Shown in pieces: positions 30,934-37,590 of a DNA stretch of 64,000 nucleotides. Source of the stretch: a virus; IMG/VR virus record IMGVR_UViG_3300035490_000050, positions 64,001 to 128,000 of that record; one strand, 5' to 3'. A model generated the notes under the pieces. The model saw only the letters and a program-made list of their open reading frames with translations, was not told the DNA's origin and ran no database searches. Position 1 is the first letter of the stretch; each line of letters starts with the position of its first letter. The translations under genes were made by a program, and so were the position numbers.

Positions 30934-31524
30934 ATGGGAGCGAAGCGTTTACCTGCCACCGTAAAAAATCTGACGCCTATGCGTGCTGCATGGCTTGCTG
31001 CTCTGATTGATGGAGAAGGAACAATCAGTATCCACCTAACGCCTAACGGATCAAAACGTGCGTGGATCGCGGTTTACAACACAAACACCGATATTCTTGA
31101 CAAATGTGCCTATGTGTGTGGCGCTGGCGTTGTTCGGAAGAAAATGCCGGGAAAGAAGAATGATGGATTCAAACGATTGCAAATGTGGGAATGGGAACTT
31201 GATAGAGCAAGAGATGCTCACCATCTTCTATGCCAACTTTATCCGTACCTGATAATCAAGCAACACAAAGCAATAGACCTCATTGTTCATTGGAGGGACG
31301 AAAGAACCAACGATATTTCAGAAAACGACCACGACGACGTAAAGGAAATGAAGATGGCGCAGCGTCATTTAAGCAACAGGGAATTTTCGGTCGCACTTGG
31401 TTTCGGATACGGATGCGTCAGCGGAATATATTCTCGGAATGATCCGCTTTCATCGAGAGTCAGAATCGCGTTGGATAAATACAAGACAGAAATGCCAAAC
31501 AGAAAAGAATTATCTTGGCGATGA
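30934..31524 (+). CDS. Free-standing LAGLIDADG endonuclease-like protein
   Basis: AWLAALIDGEGTI..LYPYLIIKQ. Confidence 0.85.
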   Translation: MGAKRLPATVKNLTPMRAAWLAALIDGEGTISIHLTPNGSKRAWIAVYNTNTDILDKCAYVCGAGVVRKKMPGKKNDGFKRLQMWEWELDRARDAHHLLCQLYPYLIIKQHKAIDLIVHWRDERTNDISENDHDDVKEMKMAQRHLSNREFSVALGFGYGCVSGIYSRNDPLSSRVRIALDKYKTEMPNRKELSWR

Positions 31525-31533
31525 AAATAGTCC

Positions 31534-31562
31534 TTGACAGCGATTCCCATCTGCGCTAAGGT
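31534..31562 (+). promoter_or_regulatory. Promoter of tRNA operon B
   Basis: TTGACA-17-TAAGGT; ATG 8 nt after the -10 box (leaderless). Confidence 0.75.
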
Positions 31563-31569
31563 AGAAAAC

Positions 31570-31650
31570 ATGAAGACGCGATTCCAAAACGCCAATCCAA
31601 CAGCGACGGCAACGCCGCAGGGTCATGGTGCGGAATCAGGGTCTCAGTAG
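31570..31650 (+). CDS. Attenuator leader peptide B (MKTRFQNANPTATATPQGHGAESGSQ)
   Basis: Codons 3-21 use only the nine amino acids of the 11 downstream tRNAs. Confidence 0.85.
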   Translation: MKTRFQNANPTATATPQGHGAESGSQ

Positions 31651-31683
31651 GATTTTTACTCGCATAGAGCGAGTAAAACTGAA

Positions 31684-31724
31684 GAGGCCCGGTCCAAAGA
31701 AGCGGATCGGGCCTCGGTGCTTTT
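31684..31724 (+). terminator. Attenuator terminator B
   Basis: GAGGCCCGGTCC-8nt-GGATCGGGCCTC followed by GGTGCTTTT (weak U-tract). Confidence 0.7.
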
Positions 31725-31732
31725 AGGGATGT

Positions 31733-31808
31733 TCCACGGTCGTCTAACTGTGAAGACACCGAACTGTTAATTCGGGTAATGCAGGTCAGAATCCTGCCTG
31801 TGGAGCCA
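31733..31808 (+). tRNA. tRNA-Asn(GTT)
   Basis: Cloverleaf, atypical T-loop TCAGAAT. Confidence 0.88.
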
Positions 31809-31817
31809 GTTTGAAGT

Positions 31818-31893
31818 TGGGGAGAAGTTCAACGGGTGGAACAATCGGCTCTGACCCGATAGGCAGAAAGTTCGAGACTTTCCTCCCCAGCCA
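31818..31893 (+). tRNA. tRNA-Gln(CTG)
   Basis: U1:A72, cloverleaf, CCA. Confidence 0.9.
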
Positions 31894-31900
31894 AGATCGT

Positions 31901-31974
31901 TGCCCGTTCGTTCAACGGTAGGACACCGCCCTTTGGAGGCGAGGATGGCGGTTCAAGTCCGTCACGGGTAGCCA
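31901..31974 (+). tRNA. tRNA-Gln(TTG)
   Basis: U1:A72, cloverleaf, CCA. Confidence 0.92.
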
Positions 31975-31981
31975 AATTAAC

Positions 31982-32055
31982 GCGGGCATAGCTCAGTGGT
32001 AGAGTGCTGGCTTGCCGAGCCGGAGACGCGGATTCAAGTTCCGCTGCCCGCTCCA
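31982..32055 (+). tRNA. tRNA-Gly(GCC)
   Basis: Cloverleaf, U73, CCA. Confidence 0.93.
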
Positions 32056-32136
32056 TATTGAAAGAGGAAGACGATGAAGGTTGATTTGGACGCCAGCATG
32101 GAATCGGTATACGGAAGGCTGGCAGGAAGGTTTCAG

Positions 32137-32211
32137 GCTGCTGTGGCAGAGAGCTTATGCGCTGACCCCGTAAGTCAGAATACAAGGGTTGAAATCCCTT
32201 CGGCAGCTCCA
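32137..32211 (+). tRNA. tRNA-Thr(CGT), C33 variant
   Basis: CTGAC-CCCGTAA-GTCAG arm, CCA. Confidence 0.85.
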
Positions 32212-32236
32212 GAATGTGACGAAAGCGAGTAGGACG

Positions 32237-32782
32237 ATGAACTTACTGAAAAAACCCGTACTTTTGCTCAACGCATCGTATGAGGCAATTCGCATAATTT
32301 CAGCAAAGAGATCGCTGACTCTCTTAACGAAAGGAAAAGTTGCGGTCGAACTTGCAACGGACAGGGAAGTTTATCCTGGCGTGTTTTTGCCTAGCGTTAT
32401 CCGTCTTCTTGTCTACAAGCATGTTCCCGTCAGAATGCAGCAGATGACGCGCAAAAACCTGTACTTGAGAGACGGTTACAAATGTGGCTATTGCGGTGAG
32501 CAGTTTTCTGGAAGCGAACTGACTTTGGATCACATTATCCCAAAGGCGCAAGGTGGAAAGAACACGTATGAGAACTTGATTACCTGCTGCCGCAAGGATA
32601 ACCATCGGAAAGCGGATCGGACGCCTCAACAGGCAGGAATGGTTTTGTTGAGACGGCCTATCCCGGCAACGGTTCACACTGGTAGGCACATCATGCGTTC
32701 GCTAGGATTAGAAACGCAGGGATGGGCAAAATATCTTTGGGCTGATGCTGATGGTGAGCAGAGGTTAGTGGCAAGAGGATGA
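32237..32782 (+). CDS. HNH endonuclease (McrA-like)
   Basis: VLLLNASYE..PSVIRL..RDGYKCGYCG..TLDHIIP..N..KADRTP. Confidence 0.93.
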   Translation: MNLLKKPVLLLNASYEAIRIISAKRSLTLLTKGKVAVELATDREVYPGVFLPSVIRLLVYKHVPVRMQQMTRKNLYLRDGYKCGYCGEQFSGSELTLDHIIPKAQGGKNTYENLITCCRKDNHRKADRTPQQAGMVLLRRPIPATVHTGRHIMRSLGLETQGWAKYLWADADGEQRLVARG

Positions 32783-32786
32783 GTTT

Positions 32787-32861
32787 GCACTCTAAACATT
32801 GCTGGTGATGCCTTCCCCTGTAAGGAAGTTTAACGGAGTTCGAGTCTCCGAGAGTGCTCCA
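32787..32861 (+). tRNA. tRNA-Thr(TGT), C33 variant
   Basis: CTTCC-CCTGTAA-GGAAG arm, CCA. Confidence 0.85.
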
Positions 32862-32864
32862 AGT

Positions 32865-32941
32865 GTGGCCGTAGTTCAAGAGGAAGAACACATGCCTGTG
32901 GCGCATGTATGATGGGCTTTCGAGCAGCCCCGGCCACCCCA
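32865..32941 (+). tRNA. tRNA-His(GTG)
   Basis: Cloverleaf, C73, CCA. Confidence 0.9.
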
Positions 32942-32946
32942 TTTGT

Positions 32947-33021
32947 GGGGGTGTAGTGACAATGAGAACACGTCCCGTTTGCACCGGGAAAATCGGAGTT
33001 TGAATCTCCGCATCTCCACCA
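32947..33021 (+). tRNA. tRNA-Ala(TGC)
   Basis: G3:U70, cloverleaf, CCA. Confidence 0.9.
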
Positions 33022-33031
33022 CGTAGTTTTT

Positions 33032-33107
33032 GTCTACTGAGCTAGTGCGGTCATAGCAATCGCCTGAAGAGCGATGGAATCCGGTTCGACTCCGGGAGTA
33101 GGCACCA
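33032..33107 (+). tRNA. tRNA-Phe(GAA)
   Basis: Cloverleaf, CCA. Confidence 0.92.
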
Positions 33108-33108
33108 T

Positions 33109-33182
33109 CAGGGAATAGTGTAGTGCTAACATCCGTGTTTTGGGCACACGTGTCCGGGGTTGGAATCCCCGTTCCCTGACCA
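33109..33182 (+). tRNA. tRNA-Pro(TGG)
   Basis: C1:G72, cloverleaf, CCA. Confidence 0.9.
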
Positions 33183-33187
33183 TTTTT

Positions 33188-33262
33188 CAACCCGTCGTTC
33201 AACGGAAAGGACGATGCGCTACGAACGCATAAATGGGGATTCGACTTCCTCCGGGTTGACCA
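33188..33262 (+). tRNA. tRNA-Arg(ACG)
   Basis: Cloverleaf, A20, CCA. Confidence 0.9.
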
Positions 33263-33298
33263 TAGTTCGCAAGCACGAAATAAAGTTGAAAATAATGC

Positions 33299-33327
33299 TT
33301 GCAAATGTCTGGAATGTGTAGTAGGCT
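33299..33327 (+). promoter_or_regulatory. Promoter of ncRNA/HNH/TROVE operon
   Basis: TTGCAA-17-TAGGCT. Confidence 0.65.
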
Positions 33328-33355
33328 TGATTTCGTTGGGTTTTGAAACACAGGT

Positions 33356-33482
33356 TTGCGTCTACTGTTGAGCGTACATGATGACTAGCTCACTCGGTAG
33401 AGCGATTCCCTTCAAAGGAATAGGTCACTGGTTCGATTCCAGTGTCATCTACTTCGGTAGATCGCTCAACGTCTTGACGCAG
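33356..33482 (+). ncRNA. Y-RNA-like tRNA mimic 1
   Basis: tRNA core (D, anticodon TCA, T arms) closed by extended stems GTTGAGCG/CGCTCAAC and TGCGTC/GACGCA; no CCA. Confidence 0.7.
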
Positions 33483-33487
33483 TAAAT

Positions 33488-33605
33488 TTGGGTGTAATTT
33501 TCGGCTTACATGAGCCTGTTTGGTCAGGCACTTGCCGTTGGAGCAAACTAACCCGGTTCGATTCCGGGATGTTACCCGAAAGGGTTGCCGAGAGACTTCA
33601 CCCAA
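33488..33605 (+). ncRNA. Y-RNA-like tRNA mimic 2
   Basis: Same layout: TTGGGTG/CACCCAA, TCGGC/GCCGA, T arm CCCGG-TTCGATT-CCGGG, extra GAAA hairpin. Confidence 0.7.
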
Positions 33606-33613
33606 TAAGTTGT

Positions 33614-33731
33614 GGGGGACCGCTTAGTAAACCGAGGACGACTTCTCGGAAACGAGTACGGTTCTAGGATACATGACAAGCATACAGCCGAAAGGCTGTG
33701 TATCGTGGCTAAACACCACGGTCCTCCACCA
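33614..33731 (+). ncRNA. 118-nt tRNA-like RNA with Ala-type acceptor stem
   Basis: GGGGGAC/GTCCTCC-ACCA (G3:U70), T-like arm CGTGG-CTAAACA-CCACG. Confidence 0.6.
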
Positions 33732-33752
33732 AAGTTTTGTAGTACAAGTTGT

Positions 33753-33873
33753 GGCGGGTTAGCAAAACGGAAAAGCTCTGCATGTCTTGACGCGCAATCG
33801 TCTATTTTGCAGGTTACATGCACATTCACTCGGAGAATGCACAATCTAGGTTCGACTCCTAGACCCGCCACCA
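33753..33873 (+). ncRNA. 121-nt expanded tRNA-like RNA
   Basis: GGCGGGT/ACCCGCC-ACCA, canonical T arm, enlarged anticodon and variable regions. Confidence 0.65.
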
Positions 33874-34082
33874 TAAGATTTACCGCATGGGAGTGCGGAA
33901 ACGAGTTTGGCTGACACTGGTTTCGTGGATACATGTTTTTGGGGATCATATCCCCACCCCCCGCCTAAGCCCTTTGGCAACGGAGGATTTAGGCGGGGGT
34001 TCTGAGGGCCGCAAGGCTGCTTAGAAAACAATTGCCCACAACCGACTTTCAGCCACTATTTTTGTGCCTTGGGAGAGGGAAT

Positions 34083-34643
34083 ATGGCCAGCGGTGATCGT
34101 TTCTACATGCTATCCTTGCGCCATCGCCCTGCGGTGTACGGCGATCTCGGAAACATCCTCAAAATCGAAGGTTTGGTGGTAGGCGGAGAAGGGGCGCATG
34201 TAATTCTTACGCTTCCCTCTTCCGATCTAAAAACTGATACCTACTGGGATGCTAATACATTCCCAGCAATTCATCAGTTATCCCTTGAGGAGTGGACCGA
34301 TTTTCTAGCGCGTACTGACGATCCAGAAATTCTAATCGGTCAAGCGAAGGCTTTCCATCGCAAATGCCGTTATGAAATTTCAGGGGCGGTACAGCAGAAG
34401 ATATGGGTAGCTGATGGTCTAAAGTGCATGTACTGCGGAGTCAGGATGGGCAGGGCACAACTCACAGTGGACCATTGGGAATCGCTTGAGGCTGGTGGAA
34501 AGAACGATAGCTCAAATTTTCTCGCAGCCTGCAAGACGTGTAATAAGGCCAAAGGTTCCATGCCGCCGCGTGACTGGTGCAGCCTTCGCAAAATTGATTA
34601 CGACTTCTTTGTGGAGTATCTGAGAACGAGGAAGTTGCCTTAA
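34083..34643 (+). CDS. HNH endonuclease
   Basis: DGLKCMYCG..LTVDH..GG..N..ACKTCNKAKG. Confidence 0.88.
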   Translation: MASGDRFYMLSLRHRPAVYGDLGNILKIEGLVVGGEGAHVILTLPSSDLKTDTYWDANTFPAIHQLSLEEWTDFLARTDDPEILIGQAKAFHRKCRYEISGAVQQKIWVADGLKCMYCGVRMGRAQLTVDHWESLEAGGKNDSSNFLAACKTCNKAKGSMPPRDWCSLRKIDYDFFVEYLRTRKLP

Positions 34644-34671
34644 CACTTTTCGCACCGGGAGGGCGAATACT

Positions 34672-36165
34672 ATGGCAGAAACAGGGCTTACACGTCAAAG
34701 AATTTTGTCGGAATTGTCGAAGAGTCCACACGGCTCTTTGAAAGAGTATCTTCCTATCGGCAAACAGGCCGTTCAACAGGAAGGTGAATTTTATCAACAC
34801 ATGCTTGCCTGGGATAGGACGCATGGGCAGATTAGGGACAGCAAGGTTGCGCTTCCTGTGATCGGCTTGGCTTTTGAGAAGGATGAGGAATTACTCGACA
34901 ACAGCCTTGCTCACATCGCTCTTTTGGGGCCGCGTGAACTGGCAAGAGCATATCGGTTTGGATTGGAGATTCGTCTCCCTGGCAAGATGCGTCAGTTGCG
35001 TAGGCTTGTCGAAGACTACCTACACCAAAAGGAGCAAGACAAAGGTTGGGATCATCTGGCAATCCAGCACAGGGGTACGCTGAAGGAACTCTACTCTCTG
35101 GCGCACGCAAAGCCTGAAAAGGAGAGAACCAACGTCGTTCTCTATGGCAGGAACTTCGACAAGACAAAGGCACCGCTGCCCAAGGGATCAGTCTTTGAGG
35201 TAGTAGCAAACCTCAAGAACATGAGTCCTACGGAGGCTGCTGGTTCGATCATGAAGTACCGGATTCCTTTCCTTATCGCCATGGGCGCGTTAGGCGCAAA
35301 GGCGAAGGAGCCGGATTTGGTACTGGCTTTGATCGGAGCCATGTCTGCAACGGAGTTGACCACGAACGTCAAGATGCTGGAGAAGTTGGGCCTGAAGACG
35401 AATCCTGCGCTGCGTGGGGCATTCGACAACGCATTGGCTAAGGCGGCTACGTCGAAGAAGAATACGCTCAAGACGACTCAGGCGGTCGAGGCCGTACAGG
35501 ACGAGGGATTGAAGGAGAAGCTCCGTGGACTACAGGCAAAGCAGATAGCGGCTGCGGGTGGTCCAGACGGCGACTGGGTAATTTTAGTTGACAAATCTGG
35601 ATCGATGCACCATGCAATCGAAACTGGTTGCCATGTTGCAGGGGCGCTCACACAGTTCGTCAAAGGAAAGGTTGGGTTGATTTTCTTCGATACCTCTCCT
35701 ATGGCGGTGGACGTAACCGGCTTGTCGCTGGACCAAATCAAGAAGGCGACACGACACTTCACAGCGAACGGTGGAACATCCATCGGCTGCGGTCTGAATC
35801 GGATGCTGGTAGAGAAAGTTGCTGTGGATGGAATTGTGATCGTGTCGGACGGTGGAGACAACACTGCTCCACTATTCCATGACGTATATCCGAAGTACGC
35901 GAAATTCTGCGATAAGGATGTGCCGGTGTATTTCTACCAACTTAGCGGAGAATCGGACAAGCTGACGCCGAACATGCAACGGGCAGGAATCGAGATGACA
36001 ACATTCGATTTGCGCGGTTCAAAGCTGGACTACTACAGCATTCCGAACACGGTCAAGACGCTTCGCAGTAACCAGTACAGTTTGGTTGAGGAAATACTCT
36101 CGACCCCGCTTTTAACCCTCAACACCGTGCTCAAGGGAGCGCAGAAAGGACTGGTGACAGTCTAA
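34672..36165 (+). CDS. TROVE/Ro60-like protein with C-terminal vWA
   Basis: About 300-aa helical N-terminus (EFYQHMLAW..IRDSK) plus VDKSGSM, GGTSIG, VSDG MIDAS; Ro60-like length; next to Y-like RNAs. Confidence 0.7.
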   Translation: MAETGLTRQRILSELSKSPHGSLKEYLPIGKQAVQQEGEFYQHMLAWDRTHGQIRDSKVALPVIGLAFEKDEELLDNSLAHIALLGPRELARAYRFGLEIRLPGKMRQLRRLVEDYLHQKEQDKGWDHLAIQHRGTLKELYSLAHAKPEKERTNVVLYGRNFDKTKAPLPKGSVFEVVANLKNMSPTEAAGSIMKYRIPFLIAMGALGAKAKEPDLVLALIGAMSATELTTNVKMLEKLGLKTNPALRGAFDNALAKAATSKKNTLKTTQAVEAVQDEGLKEKLRGLQAKQIAAAGGPDGDWVILVDKSGSMHHAIETGCHVAGALTQFVKGKVGLIFFDTSPMAVDVTGLSLDQIKKATRHFTANGGTSIGCGLNRMLVEKVAVDGIVIVSDGGDNTAPLFHDVYPKYAKFCDKDVPVYFYQLSGESDKLTPNMQRAGIEMTTFDLRGSKLDYYSIPNTVKTLRSNQYSLVEEILSTPLLTLNTVLKGAQKGLVTV

Positions 36166-36464
36166 TGAATATCAACGCACTGAAGAACTTCAACGCCGAC
36201 CGTATGGACTTGGATGACATGGTAGGCTTGCTTGCGGACTGCAAGGCACTCCGCGCTGAGTACGAGGCGCTCCAGATCGAAGAGCCTGAGTATATCGACA
36301 CAACCATCAAGGCAATTCGCCGGGAGATCACATCCCGCAACGCTGACAAGATCGCGGCTCGTAAGCGTGAGCTTGCCGCACGGATCGACAGCCTCAAGAC
36401 TCCTGCACAGAAGAAGGCAGAACTTGAGAAGGAGCTTGCCAAGTTGGAAGCCGTTCCTGTCTAA
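36165..36464 (+). CDS. Small coiled-coil protein
   Basis: TAATG coupling to the TROVE-like gene. Confidence 0.75.
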   Translation: MNINALKNFNADRMDLDDMVGLLADCKALRAEYEALQIEEPEYIDTTIKAIRREITSRNADKIAARKRELAARIDSLKTPAQKKAELEKELAKLEAVPV

Positions 36465-36485
36465 CCCATCAACCATTTGAGCGAA

Positions 36486-36515
36486 GGGGCACAGGATAAC
36501 GTGCCCCACTTTTTT
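36486..36515 (+). terminator. Terminator of TROVE operon
   Basis: GGGGCAC-8nt-GTGCCCC followed by ACTTTTTT. Confidence 0.75.
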
Positions 36516-36518
36516 CTC

Positions 36519-36547
36519 TTGCATTCCTAATCGACCTGGGGTACAGT
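36519..36547 (+). promoter_or_regulatory. Promoter of tRNA operon C
   Basis: TTGCAT-17-TACAGT. Confidence 0.65.
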
Positions 36548-36557
36548 TTCTATAGTG

Positions 36558-36638
36558 ATGAAGAGGATCATTGGTATCACCTCTTTTCTGTTCGCCCACC
36601 CCCTTCGGCTCTCCCAAGTGTCCGGGGATGTAGGCTAA
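36558..36638 (+). CDS. Upstream leader ORF C1 (MKRIIGITSFLFAHPLRLSQVSGDVG)
   Basis: Near-leaderless start; begins AAG AGG ATC ATT GGT ATC ACC; its stop overlaps the RBS of C2. Confidence 0.5.
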   Translation: MKRIIGITSFLFAHPLRLSQVSGDVG

Positions 36639-36645
36639 GGAAAAC

Positions 36646-36732
36646 ATGCAGACGACCACCAGACGCGGGACCATAACCAGAATGACCAAGCGGGTCATTT
36701 GGGGAATAGTGCGCGAGGGTTGGGACGATTAA
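36646..36732 (+). CDS. Attenuator leader peptide C2 (MQTTTRRGTITRMTKRVIWGIVREGWDD)
   Basis: TAAGGA RBS; codons 3-23 use only the eight amino acids of the downstream tRNAs. Confidence 0.85.
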   Translation: MQTTTRRGTITRMTKRVIWGIVREGWDD

Positions 36733-36756
36733 ATCTGCAAAAAGATTGAATCTACC

Positions 36757-36782
36757 AGCCCGGTCTTAGGATCGGGCTTTTT
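36757..36782 (+). terminator. Attenuator terminator C
   Basis: AGCCCGGTC-TTAG-GATCGGGCT followed by TTTT. Confidence 0.88.
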
Positions 36783-36811
36783 GATGTTTGAAAACTGAAA
36801 CGAATAATCAT

Positions 36812-36886
36812 GCCTCGTTAAGCTAGTTGGGAAACTGTCGGTCTCCAAAGCCGAACTCAGGGGTTCAAATCCTCTACGGGGTGCCA
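36812..36886 (+). tRNA. tRNA-Trp(CCA)
   Basis: Cloverleaf, G73, CCA. Confidence 0.9.
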
Positions 36887-36891
36887 TTTTT

Positions 36892-36969
36892 GCCAGTGTA
36901 GTTCAGTCGGCTTAGAACGCTGCATTCATAACGCAGAGGTCAACAGTTCAATCCTGTTCACTGGCACCA
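36892..36969 (+). tRNA. tRNA(CAT), elongator Met or Ile2
   Basis: Cloverleaf, CCA; identity cannot be settled by eye. Confidence 0.88.
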
Positions 36970-36973
36970 AGTT

Positions 36974-37071
36974 GGAGCGGCGGCGCATAATTCACTGGCG
37001 GTATCGGACAGCTAAGACTACCGAGACGTGCAGAACTCACCGAAAGGTTAGCCGTTGCAGTGGGCCGCTCC
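36974..37071 (+). ncRNA. Unknown structured RNA within tRNA operon C
   Basis: Closing stem GGAGCGGC/GCCGCTCC with internal CACTG/CAGTG and a GAAA hairpin. Confidence 0.45.
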
Positions 37072-37158
37072 GAAAGTTCACGGCTGTAAAGCCTATACCG
37101 ATGGCGCAAGGCCATCCTGCCGTGATTAAGTTTCGAGTCCTAGTGGGGGCACCATAGT

Positions 37159-37245
37159 GGAACCGTGGCCTAGTCTGGTTTTGGGCACCCGGCTCTTACC
37201 CGGCGCAGAAATGCAACGCAGGTTCAAATCCTGCCGGTTCCACCA
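37159..37245 (+). tRNA. tRNA-Lys(CTT) with long variable arm
   Basis: Cloverleaf plus GCA-GAAA-TGC V-arm. Confidence 0.88.
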
Positions 37246-37255
37246 ACACTTTTAC

Positions 37256-37341
37256 GGAGTCGTACTCGAATTGGATGCAGAGACCTGACTTTTAATCAGC
37301 GGGGTAACCCAATGGGGGTTCGAGTCCCCCCGGCTCCACCA
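37256..37341 (+). tRNA. tRNA-Lys(TTT) with long variable arm
   Basis: Cloverleaf plus GGG-GTAA-CCC V-arm. Confidence 0.88.
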
Positions 37342-37346
37342 GTTAC

Positions 37347-37423
37347 GCGGCGGTATTCCCCTCGTCTTCTAAACGAGTAAGGATAATTGGAATATGTGAG
37401 TTCGATCCTCACCCGCTGCTCCA
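37347..37423 (+). tRNA. tRNA-Arg(TCT), D-loop-relocated topology
   Basis: Intact acceptor, anticodon and T arms; 7-nt 5' linker; 18-nt post-anticodon segment. Confidence 0.8.
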
Positions 37424-37427
37424 TTTT

Positions 37428-37504
37428 GGTCCCGTACCGGCCATGTTTCCTAAACATGTAACCGTAAGTGGATGATGTCAGTTCGAGCCTGACCGGGACT
37501 TCCA
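37428..37504 (+). tRNA. tRNA-Arg(CCT), D-loop-relocated topology
   Basis: Same geometry, 77 nt. Confidence 0.8.
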
Positions 37505-37508
37505 TTTT

Positions 37509-37585
37509 GCTGCCGTACCAGCCGCGCCTCCGAAGCGCGATACTGTAACTGAATGATGCAGGTTTGAGTCCTGTCGGCAGCGCCA
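37509..37585 (+). tRNA. tRNA-Arg(CCG), D-loop-relocated topology
   Basis: Same geometry, 77 nt. Confidence 0.8.
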
Positions 37586-37590
37586 GTTTT

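Noticed and set aside
30934-31524. LAGLIDADG gene as part of an intron or intein
   Set aside because: No interrupted host gene or splicing motifs flank it; it appears free-standing
32074-32232. About 52-codon ORF with GAGGA RBS running through tRNA-Thr(CGT)
   Set aside because: Overlaps an intact tRNA, has no motif, and cannot be supported
33380-33449. UGA suppressor or selenocysteine tRNA, or stop-codon recoding
   Set aside because: The TCA anticodon lies in a core with no CCA, buried in longer stems and without a Sec-type long arm; many genes end normally in TGA
33614-33873. tmRNA (one- or two-piece)
   Set aside because: Too short; no tag ORF or pseudoknots recognisable
37131-37154. Prophage attachment site
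   Set aside because: No integrase or second copy in the window, and phage-like genes continue on both sides
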